Assembly (NCBI RefSeq): GCF_006345805.1
Contig: NC_043000.1
Coordinates: 115,754,001-115,818,000 of the forward strand
DNA from: Octopus sinensis
Lineage: Eukaryota
Length of the DNA stretch: 64,000 bases
Direction: 5' to 3'
Both the position numbers and the translations under genes were made by a program. A model generated the notes under the pieces. That model was not told the origin of the DNA, searched no databases, and saw only the letters and a list, made by a program, of their open reading frames with translations. Positions 52,041-64,000 of the stretch are shown here, piece after piece (positions within the stretch are counted from its first letter, which is position 1; the number at the start of each line of letters is the position of its first letter).

Positions 52041-52190
52041 TATATATATGGTGTGTATGTATGTAGGTGTATTCCTATATTATACCGATATTTACACAAT
52101 TATTCAGCTGGAAAACTACAGTAGCTGCTAACTTACGTGTCTACATTATATTTTCAAAGTTTTCATTAGATCATAACTTCCCCTTAGCTT

Positions 52191-52233
<43 letters not shown>

Positions 52234-52667
52234 GTATATATATTCTCTTAACAGCCATCGCAAATATAATATCCCATATCGACTTCTTTATATGATTTTT
52301 TTTTCATAATCTTAGTAAGTCTCTTTGCATTTAATATTGTCCATTTGACACTTATATGAATAATACTTGAATCTTACATTGAAATTCCACTTAAGATAAT
52401 AACATATAAATTACGTGTATTTATATAAGTGTGATAGGAAATAGGGGAAGAATTAGGTGTTAGAATTTGAACTCCATCATTTGTTCCTGACAAGAAGATT
52501 GGTTGGTAAACCAAACTCGCTATCTTGAATTTGATTTCTGTCTGTTCTCATCTATGGACAGAAAGAGTGCAATGGTGAAATAAATACAACAAGGAGAAAA
52601 ATTAAACGAAAACAGAATGCACGAAAACTAAACGGACGGGAAATTAGACAACGACACGGGATGGATG

Positions 52668-53051
52668 GAAGCACTCCGTCGGTTACGACGACGAGGGTTC
52701 CGGTTGATCCGAATCAACGGAACAGCCTGCTCGTGAAATTAACGTGTAAGTGGCTGAGCACTCCACAGACACGTGTACTCTTAACGTAGTTCTCGGGGAT
52801 ATTCAGCGTGACACAGAGAGTGACAAGGCCGGCCCTTTGAAATACAGGTACAACGGAAACGGGAAGTAAGAGTGAGAGAAAGTTGTGGTGAAAGAGTACA
52901 GCAGGGATCACCACCACGCCCTGCCGGAGCCTCGTGGAGCTTTAGGTGTTTTCGCTCAATAAACACTCACAACGCCCGGTCTGGGAATCGAAACCGCGAT
53001 CCTATGACCGCGAGTCCGCTGCCCTAACCAATGGGCCATTGCGCCTCCACA
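52668..53051 (-). mobile_element. SINE group C, full length, low divergence
   Basis: Clean head and tail. Confidence 0.93.
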
Positions 53052-53124
53052 GACAACGACACGATACACTGAATATTCGCAACTGAGTTTTTTTCTTCAG
53101 TTAAAGACGCAAACACACCAATTA

Positions 53125-53318
53125 GAAGAGTGGCGGCTGAGAAGTCCCTGGTTTTGAGTAAAAGAAAATACTGGACGATCCGTTTATTATGATTTTATTC
53201 AGCATCCTCCCTTCTCGGATTCACACGCTTATTGCAGCGGTCCTTCAGTTTTTATAAGACCTGTAAAAGAACTTGGAATGTTGGGCCTTAAAGCCAGGAG
53301 CTCTTCAGCACCCCCAAG
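53125..53318 (-). mobile_element. Miniature mariner derivative
   Basis: Degenerate TIRs GGCTGAGAAGTCCCTGG / CCAGGAGCTCTTCAGCACCCC; interior resembles a transposase C-terminus. Confidence 0.6.
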
Positions 53319-53329
53319 TATATATGTAT

Positions 53330-53530
53330 ATATGTATGTATACACACATACAGATATATTTGTATGTATATATGTATGTATACATACGTACAGATATATT
53401 TGTATGTATATATGTATGTATACATACAGATATATTTGTATGTATATATGTATGTATACACACATACAGATATATTTGTATGTATATATGTATGTATACA
53501 TACATACAGATATATTTGTATATCTATATA
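53330..53530. repeat. 36-40-bp minisatellite anchored on CAGATATATTTGTA
   Basis: Anchors at 53351, 53391, 53427, 53467 and 53507. Confidence 0.88.
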
Positions 53531-54285
53531 TTTATACATTTTCATACACACACAGATACACGTACGTATGTATGTATGTATGTATGTATGTATGTATGTA
53601 TGTATGTATAGGCTACATTTTTTCATGTTTTTCATAAATAACATTACAAAATTTTGAAATCTCTTTCATTTCTTGTCTAATTCAATAAAAACATTTTTGT
53701 TTGTATCTTTCTCCAACTCTCTAAGCCTAAATTAAAACAACTCTAGGCCTAACACACAAAAAAAATTCCTTTTTATTGCATCATACTTCACTTATATACA
53801 TACTTATACGTAACCAAATCACATGTTTTTTCCAGTAATATTCAATAAAATTGTACGTTTCATATAGCATTCCTATCACATATTAGATTAAATAAATAGT
53901 ATCTAACTCGCAGTTCATCTCCAATGCTCTTTTGACAACTTAATTACGACGATACACTATAAGGCCATAATTTAAATTTTATCAGTGAAAATGTTTAAAC
54001 TCACAGTCTCCAACATTGTAATTATTCTAAAATTTACCAGATATTTATTTTCTTACATCTGTCATCTTCTATCTTTTATCCTTTACTTGTTTCGGTCATT
54101 GGATTACGGCCATGCTGGGGCACTGCTTTAAAGTGTTTTAGACTAAATATTTGAAAGCCCGGTATTTTTCTATCGGTCTTTTTTGCCCAACCGCTAATTT
54201 ACAGGAACGTAAATAAATCACCACCGGTTGTGAGGCGTATGATGTGTGTGGCATTGAGTTTGTCCCGGGCCAAACACAAAGACAC

Positions 54286-54354
<69 letters not shown>

Positions 54355-54659
54355 CATAATATCGCGGTCTCTTTCATTCTTTTGTTGTCTTATCATTACT
54401 ATATATATATATATATATATATGCGTGTGTGGGTGTATATACATATATATATATATGCATCTATATATATATTTGTATATATATGCATAGCGCTGATATT
54501 GCTAAGCACACACACACACATATATATATATATCTTATTTCTTATAAATAGTAGCGAGAAGAAACTTGAGTATCTGTCAGAATGTGGTATTTATTTAATT
54601 GGAAACTTTTGTTCCAAATGACACATAATCGTAATATCTGCAGTAGACCTGACATTTTA

Positions 54660-55600
54660 GGAGCGGTAGTTAGTAGATTACATTAACCCCTGTGCTCAGC
54701 TGGTACTCATTTCTTCGACCTCAGTGCTCCGTTGTTATTTATTTTATCGATTCAGGAAGAATGAAAGGCTAAGTCGACCATGGCGGATTTTGAACTCTGA
54801 ACGTAAAGACGGACGAAATACCGCTAAGCTCTTTGTCCGGCTTGCTAACGGTTCTTATTTCTTTATTGCCATAGAGGGGACAAACAAGGACAGATAAAGG
54901 GATTAAGTCGATTACATCGACCCCAGTGCGTAACTGGTACTTAATTTATCGACACCGAAAGGATGAAAGGCAAAGTCGACCTCGACGGAATTTGAACTGA
55001 GAACGTAACGGCAGACGAAATATCTATTTCTTTACTACCCACAAGGGGCTAAACACAGAGGACAAACAAGGACAGACACAGGGATTAAGTCGATTACATC
55101 GACCCCAGTGCGTAACTGGTCCTTAATTTATCGACCCCGAAAGGATGAGAGGCAAAGTCGACCTCGGCGGAATTTGAACTGAGAACGTAACGGCAGACGA
55201 AATACCTATTTCTTTACTACCCACAAGGGGCTAAACATAGAGAGGACAAACAAGGACAGACAAAAGGATTAAGTCGATTACATCGATCCCAGTGCGTAGC
55301 TGGTACTTAGTTTATCGACACCGAAAGGATGAAAGGCAAAGTCGTCCTCGGCGGAATTTGAACTGAGAACATAACGGCAGACGAAATACCTATTTCTTTA
55401 CTACACACAAGGGGCTAAACACAGAGAGGACAAACAAGGACAGACAAACGGATTAAGTGGATTACATCGAACCCAGTGCGTAACTGGTACTTAATTTATC
55501 GACCCCGAAAGGATGAAAGGCAAGAACTCAGAACGTAACGGCAGACGAAATACGGCTACGCATTTCGCCCGGCGTGCTAACGGTTCTGCCAGCTTGTCTC
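54660..55600 (-). mobile_element. SINE group B multimer (5-6 units)
   Basis: Type-1 junctions at 55021, 55203 and 55387; type-2 junction at about 54852. Confidence 0.9.
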
Positions 55601-55628
55601 CTTAATAAGCGTCAAATAATATATAATA

Positions 55629-56142
55629 CTAGCAGTATCGCCCGGCGTTGCTCGGGTTTGTAAGGGAAATAACTATATAAGCATTTTTAGAGAGTTACTT
55701 CCCTTATAGATGCAAATTCGGGCTTTCTTAGCCATTTCTGTGTTGGTGTCTTCAAGCCATGAAGTCGTTGTTCTAAAAGAACGCTGGTCTCCTTGACAAC
55801 GCTTTACGACGTTGATTTCCTTACACTCCCTTCCCCACAGCTTCACGAGGGCGGGAAGAAGGGGGAGAAGCAACACAGGTGCAGGTGTGACCATGGACGC
55901 CAACTCCGCCGCCATCGACACACGAAAAAATATGCATTAAAATGGAATAAAAAATGATGTTAAATTATTTTAAAAATCGTAGACTCATCGTAGACGCGCG
56001 CTAATACTCAGACGGGCTCGATATGAATCACGACTATAAGATACCCGAATTTGGTTAAACTGCACCGCAAAATGTGGGAGTAGTTAGGAATCTAAATCGA
56101 AGGTGACAGACACTCACACAACTGCAGTTTTATATATATAGA
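55629..56142 (-). mobile_element. Non-autonomous Helitron copy 2 with a different interior
   Basis: Same termini as 35967-36360 (A|TC...CCCGAGCAACGCCGGG...CTAG|T); GC-richer block at 55705-55920. Confidence 0.85.
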
Positions 56143-56729
56143 TTGCCATATATAGAGAGAGCGAGAAGAGAAAAACTGTAAGTAAATCTTTTTGTATTTA
56201 TATTTGTCTCTGTTTGTGTGCGTGCATTTATCTGTTTTTCAAGACGTGCTGGCGAAAAAAATAACTACTCAATAGTTTGTATTCGACTATGCTTTGTATT
56301 TCAATTATATTTTAGAATCCTTTTCGTTTCCAAAAATATATTGCACTTTTGTTAAACTGGAACGAATAATTACGTGTCTTTTAATGTCTTTCATAAGCAA
56401 AGACTCTGTCATGGATGTCTAGATAAAAACAATTCTTTCAGCTATGAAGTTTTATGATCCGAATTAAGATATTTCCATTGTGTGTTCGTAACATTAGGTT
56501 AGAAAATACCTTCATATTTCTCGTCATTTAATGAAGAAGAACGAATACGGTTTTATGGTCTACCGATGAAATTCAATGCAATTTTGGCACAGACTGACAG
56601 ACATTCAAACCTATAACATCATTTATGAATACATGGGTGTGTGTGTGTGTGTGTGCATTTAAGACATCAGGAACTCTTGAATCAGCTATTAACTTACACT
56701 AATCTAAAGCTGGCTAATCGTGCAACCAG

Positions 56730-56985
<256 letters not shown>

Positions 56986-57193
56986 TTATTTGCCTCTTCA
57001 TAAATACCTGTGTTTGAGACCCTTTAAGTATATGTGTCTGTATGGAAACACATAACCGCTCAAATATATAAGAACAAACATACAGATGCGAATGTATACA
57101 TTCTTATATACATGAGCATGCATATATATGTACGCGTAAGTGTGCCCAGTTATGCTTATTCTTCTGCCTTCATATCCATCTACATTTGTATTG

Positions 57194-57235
<42 letters not shown>

Positions 57236-57787
57236 ATGTATTGATCAAGACAGAAGCATATATGTATATATTCCCGTCTTTTTATGTACATCTTTATATC
57301 TTCCTCTTTCTTATTCTCTTCTCTGTCGAATAAGACTCCTTCTACTATTATTCATCTTCCTCTTACACCGTAAGCATTATCTGTTTGAAATGCAATAATT
57401 GCTATACATTTGCATCAAATTACGAATAAGTAGTCTGCGTATATGTTGAAGAACAATGTAAGACAATAGTATATTCTTAAGCTATTAACATATATTTATT
57501 TAAATATGGCTAATCGCATAGAGGTTGCAGCCATAGCGCTTATACAAACAGGCTCCATTGTTATAAAACTGTCACAGATTGAAAGGCGCGTGTTGTAAAC
57601 GGATACACGCTGGAAATATTCTCGATAAATGGAATTATCCTCGTATTACAGTTGTTAATCTATGCCTTTGGAGATGTGAAGTGGCCACATAGCTAGGAAT
57701 GGATGTGTACCATTTTAATACCGAATTGCCTCAAGCCAATCCTGGTTCTATGATAAAAACCTACTGCTTTTAAATGATCTACGTTAA

Positions 57788-58197
57788 AACCTATTTCTTT
57801 ACTACCCACAAGGGGCTAAACACAGAGGGGACAAACAAGGACAGACAAACGGTTTAAGTCGATTATATCGACCTCAGTGCGTAACTGGTATTTATTCAAT
57901 CCACCCCGAAAGGATGTAAGGCAAAGTCGACCTCGGCGGAATTTGAACTCAGAACGTAGCGGCAGATGAAATACCTATTTCTTTACTAACCACATGGGGC
58001 CAAACACAGAGAGGACAAACAAGGACAGACAAACGGATTAAGACGATTATATCTACCCCAGTGCATAACTGGTACTTATTCAATCCACCCTGAAAGGAGG
58101 AAAGGCAAAGTCGACCTCGGCGGAATTTGAACTCAGAACGTAACGGCAGACGAAATACCGCTAAGTATTTCTCCCGGCGTGCTAACGTTTCTGCCAG
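57788..58197 (-). mobile_element. SINE group B dimer
   Basis: Type-1 junction at 57972. Confidence 0.9.
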
Positions 58198-58300
58198 TGT
58201 CACGTTGATTTACAGTGTTTGCATGGAAGGGAATGAAGACACAATATCCCATCGTGATATGAAAGTACTTTAGATTATATTTTTAAAAATCAGCTAGACA

Positions 58301-58464
58301 TAGGCGTAGGAGTGACTGTGTGGTAAATAGCTTGCTTACCATCCACATGGTTCCTGGTTCAGTCCTACTGCGTGGTACTTTGGGCAAGTGTCTTCTACTA
58401 TAGCCTCGGGCCGACCAAAGCTTTGTGAGTGGATTTGGTAGACAGAAACTGAAAGAAGCCCGTC

Positions 58465-58540
<76 letters not shown>

Positions 58541-58750
58541 GTGTGTGTGTGTGTCGGTGTTTTTCCTCCCAACATCACTTGACAACCGATGCTGGTGTGT
58601 TTACGTCCCCGTCACTTGGCGGTTCGGCAAGAGAGACCGAGTGAATAAGTACTAGGCTTACAAAGAATAAGTCCTGGAGTCGATTTGCTCGACTAAAGGC
58701 GGTGTTCCAGCATGGCCACAGTCAAGTGACTGAAACAAATAAAAGATAAA
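58301..58750 (+). mobile_element. SINE group A, full length
   Basis: Consensus match. Confidence 0.92.
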
Positions 58751-58774
58751 TAAAAGAAAATAGACGATGGCTTG

Positions 58775-59120
58775 GAGATAACAGTTTCCTCAGATTCTAC
58801 CACGGCCTCAAGATGGCTCCGGGACCTGCTGCACGCGTTCCTCTCTGTGTTAGTGGGAAGATCTTCGAATACATTGACCTTAGTCTCCAGCTCGGCCTTG
58901 GTGTTGCAAGCAGAGCGGTTGATGTATTTCTTAACACCCCACCCACAACAGTAATTCATAGGATTATGATCGGGGCGAATTAGGAGGCCAAAAATCGGGG
59001 TTGGTGAAATCGTAAAAATTCTCCTAGAACTGATTCTGATCTTTTCCAAATGAATTCCGTAGCGTGGACGCAGCCAGGACCCTTGCTGCATCCCTCCCTG
59101 TTGGCCACAATTTCCTAGTC
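58775..59120 (-). mobile_element. Tc1/mariner transposase C-terminal remnant
   Basis: PDHNPMNY...NRSACNTKAELETKV..FEDLPTNTERNACSRSRSHLEAVVE (SPDLNPxDY-type motif; frameshifted). Confidence 0.8.
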
Positions 59121-59336
59121 TCCGTTGCAGCTGCCCATATCACACATTACAGCCTTTTCAGTTTCCGCAGAGCATCGAGCTGAAGTCACGATGCCGGCAT
59201 TTTGATAACCGGCGCGAATCAGCATGATACTCTTTTCGAATGTTCAGATGGCCACCAGACCTCCATGGACACGGACGGACACGGACACGGATTCACACAT
59301 ACACGCACACGCACACGCACACTCACACACACACAG

Positions 59337-59463
59337 AGTTTCCGTCTATCAAATCTACTTCCATGGTTTTGGTCGGCCCGAAGACACCCAAGTTGCCACG
59401 CAGTGGGACTGAACCCGGAACGAAGTGGTTAGGAAGCAAGCTCCTTACCACACAGCCACTCCT
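59337..59463 (-). mobile_element. SINE group A, 5' fragment
   Basis: Consensus match. Confidence 0.8.
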
Positions 59464-59989
59464 CTGTCTGTCTACCTATCTATCTATGTGTTTGTGGGTC
59501 TTTCAAACACACAGATGCGCGCTGCACTCTTACACTGTATTTCTCATCCAGTAAGAACACCTCTTTCTACTCCTCTTCTACCCCGCTTTCTAAATATTCC
59601 TTGCGACAGGGGTCATCTCATTTTTTGATTCCTCTCCTTCTTCCCTCCATCTGCATAGATATCAATGCGTCACAGAGACGGAAATCAGCTTCTCTCTCAT
59701 AGTATAATATTAGAACAAAAACTGTGCTGCTTGAAAGAAATATTGTAGCAGAAGTTTCCATTCATTTCAAGTAATTTCATTGGATATTAGAGAGATGCAG
59801 ATAAATCTACGGTGAGTCAGTGAGTCTGTGGGATTTTAGACAGAAGATCGCATGGGAATATTACTTGAAATATACCAGCACCATAGCCAGTGGTGGGATA
59901 GGTGTATCTCCCGTTCGGTAGATACCAAGAAATGAAGGCAATCAATTTCCATAAAATACTCTCAGCCACCAAATATATATGTTCATTTT

Positions 59990-60570
59990 TGTCTGTTAAT
60001 AGATATATCTGTCCCACAAGATCAAAATTTCTCAAGAAAAGAACACGAAAAGCTTTTTCGCTATGAAGATCTGCAAATTGAAATCACAAAATTGTGGAAG
60101 CTTAGTACTACGATAAAACCAGTAGTAATTGGTGCGTTGGGAATGATAAAGAAGAGAGCTGAGAAGTATATTAAGTAACTCCCTGGTAACTCCCATCTCC
60201 GTGAACTGCAGAAGATAACCTTGATAGGTACAGCCCATATAGTACGGATAGCACTCTCCAATAAATGTAGTGATAATTTTAGCATGCATAGCAAAACAAA
60301 AGTGCCCTTGCGACTCTTGACCTCCGGAGGATACCTGGTACTAAGGCAGCTGAAATAAAGTTATAATAAGAAACCATTAACAACAACAATATTAAATGGC
60401 GAGGGCATCACCAATGTTTGGAACTTCCCAATACAAACAGACAGTCAAATTGACTCCAATCGACCAGACATTGTGATCAAGGACTACAACAGAGGAATGC
60501 ACTACGGAATGCATTCTCCATCTAAAATAGAATTTGGTGATAATTTTAGCATGCGTAGCAAAACAATGAA
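59990..60570 (+). mobile_element. R4/Dong-like REL-endonuclease retrotransposon 3' fragments (two tandem pieces)
   Basis: 59990-60255: CLLIDISVPQDQNFSRKEHEKLFRYEDLQIEITKLWKLSTTIKPVVIGALGMIKK...*LPGNSHLRELQKITLIGTAHIVR; 60395-60493: VWNFPIQTDSQIDSNRPDIVIKD. Confidence 0.85.
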
Positions 60571-60894
60571 AGGAAACAATAAGTGATAATAATGAATACC
60601 GGAATAAGTGAAGGAGGTGTTTTCTATTTAATGACCTCCAGTAAATTTATATCAATTGATTAGGAGTTATTTTTCGTGCAGTTATATGATGTAATAAGTT
60701 CAGTCCACTTCCGGTGCATAGTCACGCAGTTTAGGCATTCAATTCATGGTCATAATTTCGAAGGTTCAATTTCTGAAGAATGCACTTCATTTCACGTTGC
60801 CCCAATGCACCCAACTCTGATAAGCACCAGCCGTGTGCTGGTGCAGCCTTCACTTTCACTGGATCTCACATCCGGCACAGCCAAGGGTAGAAAG

Positions 60895-61095
60895 ACCTAT
60901 TTCTTTTACTACCCACAAGGGGCGAAACACAGAGAGGACAAACGGATTAAGTCTATTATATCGACCCCAGTGCGTAACTGGTACTAATTTAATCGACCCC
61001 GAAAGGATGAAAGGCAAAGTCGACCTCGGCGGAATTTGAACTCAGAACGTAGCGGCAGACGAAATACGCCTACGCATTTCGCCCGGCGTGCTAAC
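60895..61095 (-). mobile_element. SINE group B, full length
   Basis: Consensus match. Confidence 0.9.
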
Positions 61096-61419
61096 GTTTC
61101 TGCCAGTTCGCCGCACGTGTTCATGTCTGCTCGCTATACCTCGGGTACCTAAAACAATTATCGAAACCACAGTCGTTGGCGAGTGATGGTAGACAATGGT
61201 GTAGCCGAGCTACACTTCATCTCTCTGTGGGCGACGAAATAATTAGCAGGAATCTTTAGTAATCACCTGAAAATGTTACACATTTTCTCTGTATATGGTC
61301 AGTCTTGTACTAATCATATAAATGCTCGGTAAATCTTGCTAATTCGAATTATATATCTGCATTTCTTTAACATGATATTCATCAGTTTTGGTGTATATGA
61401 ATGCTTGTATATATGCGCG

Positions 61420-61467
61420 AATGTATATATTTGTGTATATATATATATATGTATGTATGTATATATG

Positions 61468-61520
<53 letters not shown>

Positions 61521-61618
61521 ATGTATGTATATGTATGTATGTATATGTATGTATGTATATGTATGTATGTATGTATATGTATGTATGTATATATATGTAT
61601 GTATGTATGTATATATAC

Positions 61619-61650
<32 letters not shown>

Positions 61651-61699
61651 GTATGTATATATATATGTATGTATATATGTATGTATATATATATGTATG

Positions 61700-61735
<36 letters not shown>

Positions 61736-61909
61736 TGTATGTATATTATGTATATATATATGTATGTATATATATATATATGTATGTATATATATATATA
61801 TATGTATGTATATATGTATGTATATATATATGTATGTATGTATATATATATATGTGTATGTATATATGTATGTATATGTATATATGTATGTATATATATG
61901 TATGTATGT

Positions 61910-61942
<33 letters not shown>

Positions 61943-61963
61943 GTCAAATCCATATATATGTAT
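61420..61963. repeat. (TATG)n/(TA)n microsatellite
   Basis: Direct inspection. Confidence 0.97.
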
Positions 61964-63062
61964 GGAGTCAAATCCAGCCCAGCCAAAGTCAGCAGTGGTG
62001 TCCCACAAGGCACTGTGTTGGGCCCACTTCTCTTCATCATCTACATAAATGATATTACTGATACCATCAAACACAGTAATATCAGAACCTTCGCTGATGA
62101 CTCCAAGCTCCAGAAGGTCATCAATGGCGTGGATGACCGAATAAACCTTCAGTCAGACCTACTGGCTGTTGTCCAATGGGCGGAAAAGAATAACATATTG
62201 CTAAATGAAGACAAATTTGAACTGATCCACTTTGGAAGGGAGGACGCTCTGAAACTCCCATACTCTCTTCCTTCTGGAGAAATTCTCATGGCATCCAACA
62301 ACATCAGAGACCTGGGAGTAACAGTGGACAACAACATAAGCTGGGCTACACATATAAGCAGCAAAGTTGACATGGCCCGCAGAATGTGTTCCTGGATTCT
62401 CAGAACCTTCCAGTCGAGAGATTCCCACGCTATTATCCTTCTCTTCTCCACTTTTGCCGACCACCCCACCTTGAATACTGCTGTCCACTGTGGTCTCCCT
62501 ACACAAAACAAAATATTATGAGAATTGAAGCTCCCCAAAGGTCAATCACAAAAATAGATGGCATGTCAGACCTTGACTACTGGGGTAGACTAGAGAAGCT
62601 GAAATTGTATTCACTCCAACGACGCCGTGAACGCTACATTATCTGTATGATGTGGAAAATATTCCACCAGCACTGTCCGAATGATGTTGGCATCACCTTC
62701 AAAATGCATCCAAGGCTTGGACCACGTGCCATCCGTCCACAACAAAAATCTAAATCGCATCACATAACGACAATACGGCACAACTATTTCACCTCAATTG
62801 GACATGCTCTCTTCAACATTACACCAGGGCACGTCAAAAAAGAAACTGACCACACAAAATTCAAGAAGTCTTTGGACAAATTCCTTCAAACAGTACTGGA
62901 CAAACCACCCACACCCGGATATGTCTCCGCAAACAATAACTCTCTGCTCGAATGGGCCTTGGTGCCCAAATCCTGAACTGAAAGACTTCACCAGGTGGTG
63001 CTATTAAGTTAGACATGGCCTGGGCCAATACTGGCCAAAACCTTTCTAAGTTATTCTAAGTT
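61964..63062 (+). mobile_element. 5'-truncated CR1/L2-type LINE with intact 3' end
   Basis: [19 protein letters not shown]...FADDSK...(frameshift near 62460)...[11 protein letters not shown]...LYSLQRRRERY...FKKSLDKFL...W; stop at 62976; short 3' UTR ending TTCTAAGTTATTCTAAGTT. Confidence 0.96.

Positions 63063-64000
<938 letters not shown>

Noticed and set aside
54850-55600. Regular repeats resembling a CRISPR array (also 50.4-51 kb)
   Set aside because: Whole 182-184-bp units repeat with no unique spacers, the unit is a dispersed SINE, the context is eukaryotic and there are no cas genes
61388-62521. 377-aa ORF, the longest in the track
   Set aside because: The first half is translated TATG/TA microsatellite that is by chance in frame with a truncated LINE RT; not a gene

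Overview
This is AT-rich, repeat-saturated eukaryotic non-coding DNA, either intergenic or deep intronic. I could not support any host protein-coding gene. The SINE families, Penelope-type termini and extreme (TA/TATG/CTAT)n load are what I recall from Octopus (cephalopod) genomes; this is an inference, not a database result. Contents: (1) about 40 tRNA-derived SINE copies in four groups that I label A-D for convenience (not database names); (2) two pieces of one CR1/L2-type LINE, an RTE-like 3' fragment and R4/Dong-like restriction-endonuclease fragments; (3) many Tc1/mariner/pogo deletion derivatives and MITEs, including one mariner with two 5' ends and one with two 3' ends; (4) a Mutator-like hairpin MITE with a 9-bp TSD; (5) non-autonomous Helitrons; (6) an intron-type tRNA-Leu(CAA) pseudogene; (7) large micro- and minisatellites, which explain nearly all long ORFs in the track. 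Two observations stand out. First, five short protein-free elements carry minimal type-I hammerhead-ribozyme folds: one has an intact core (26436-26472), and a second family has a variant CUGUCGA core. Second, SINE-B forms head-to-tail multimers with fixed junctions, and at two loci one target-site duplication brackets the whole multimer, which implies the multimer retrotransposed as a single unit. Coordinates were counted by eye, so degenerate ends are approximate (about 10-20 bp).
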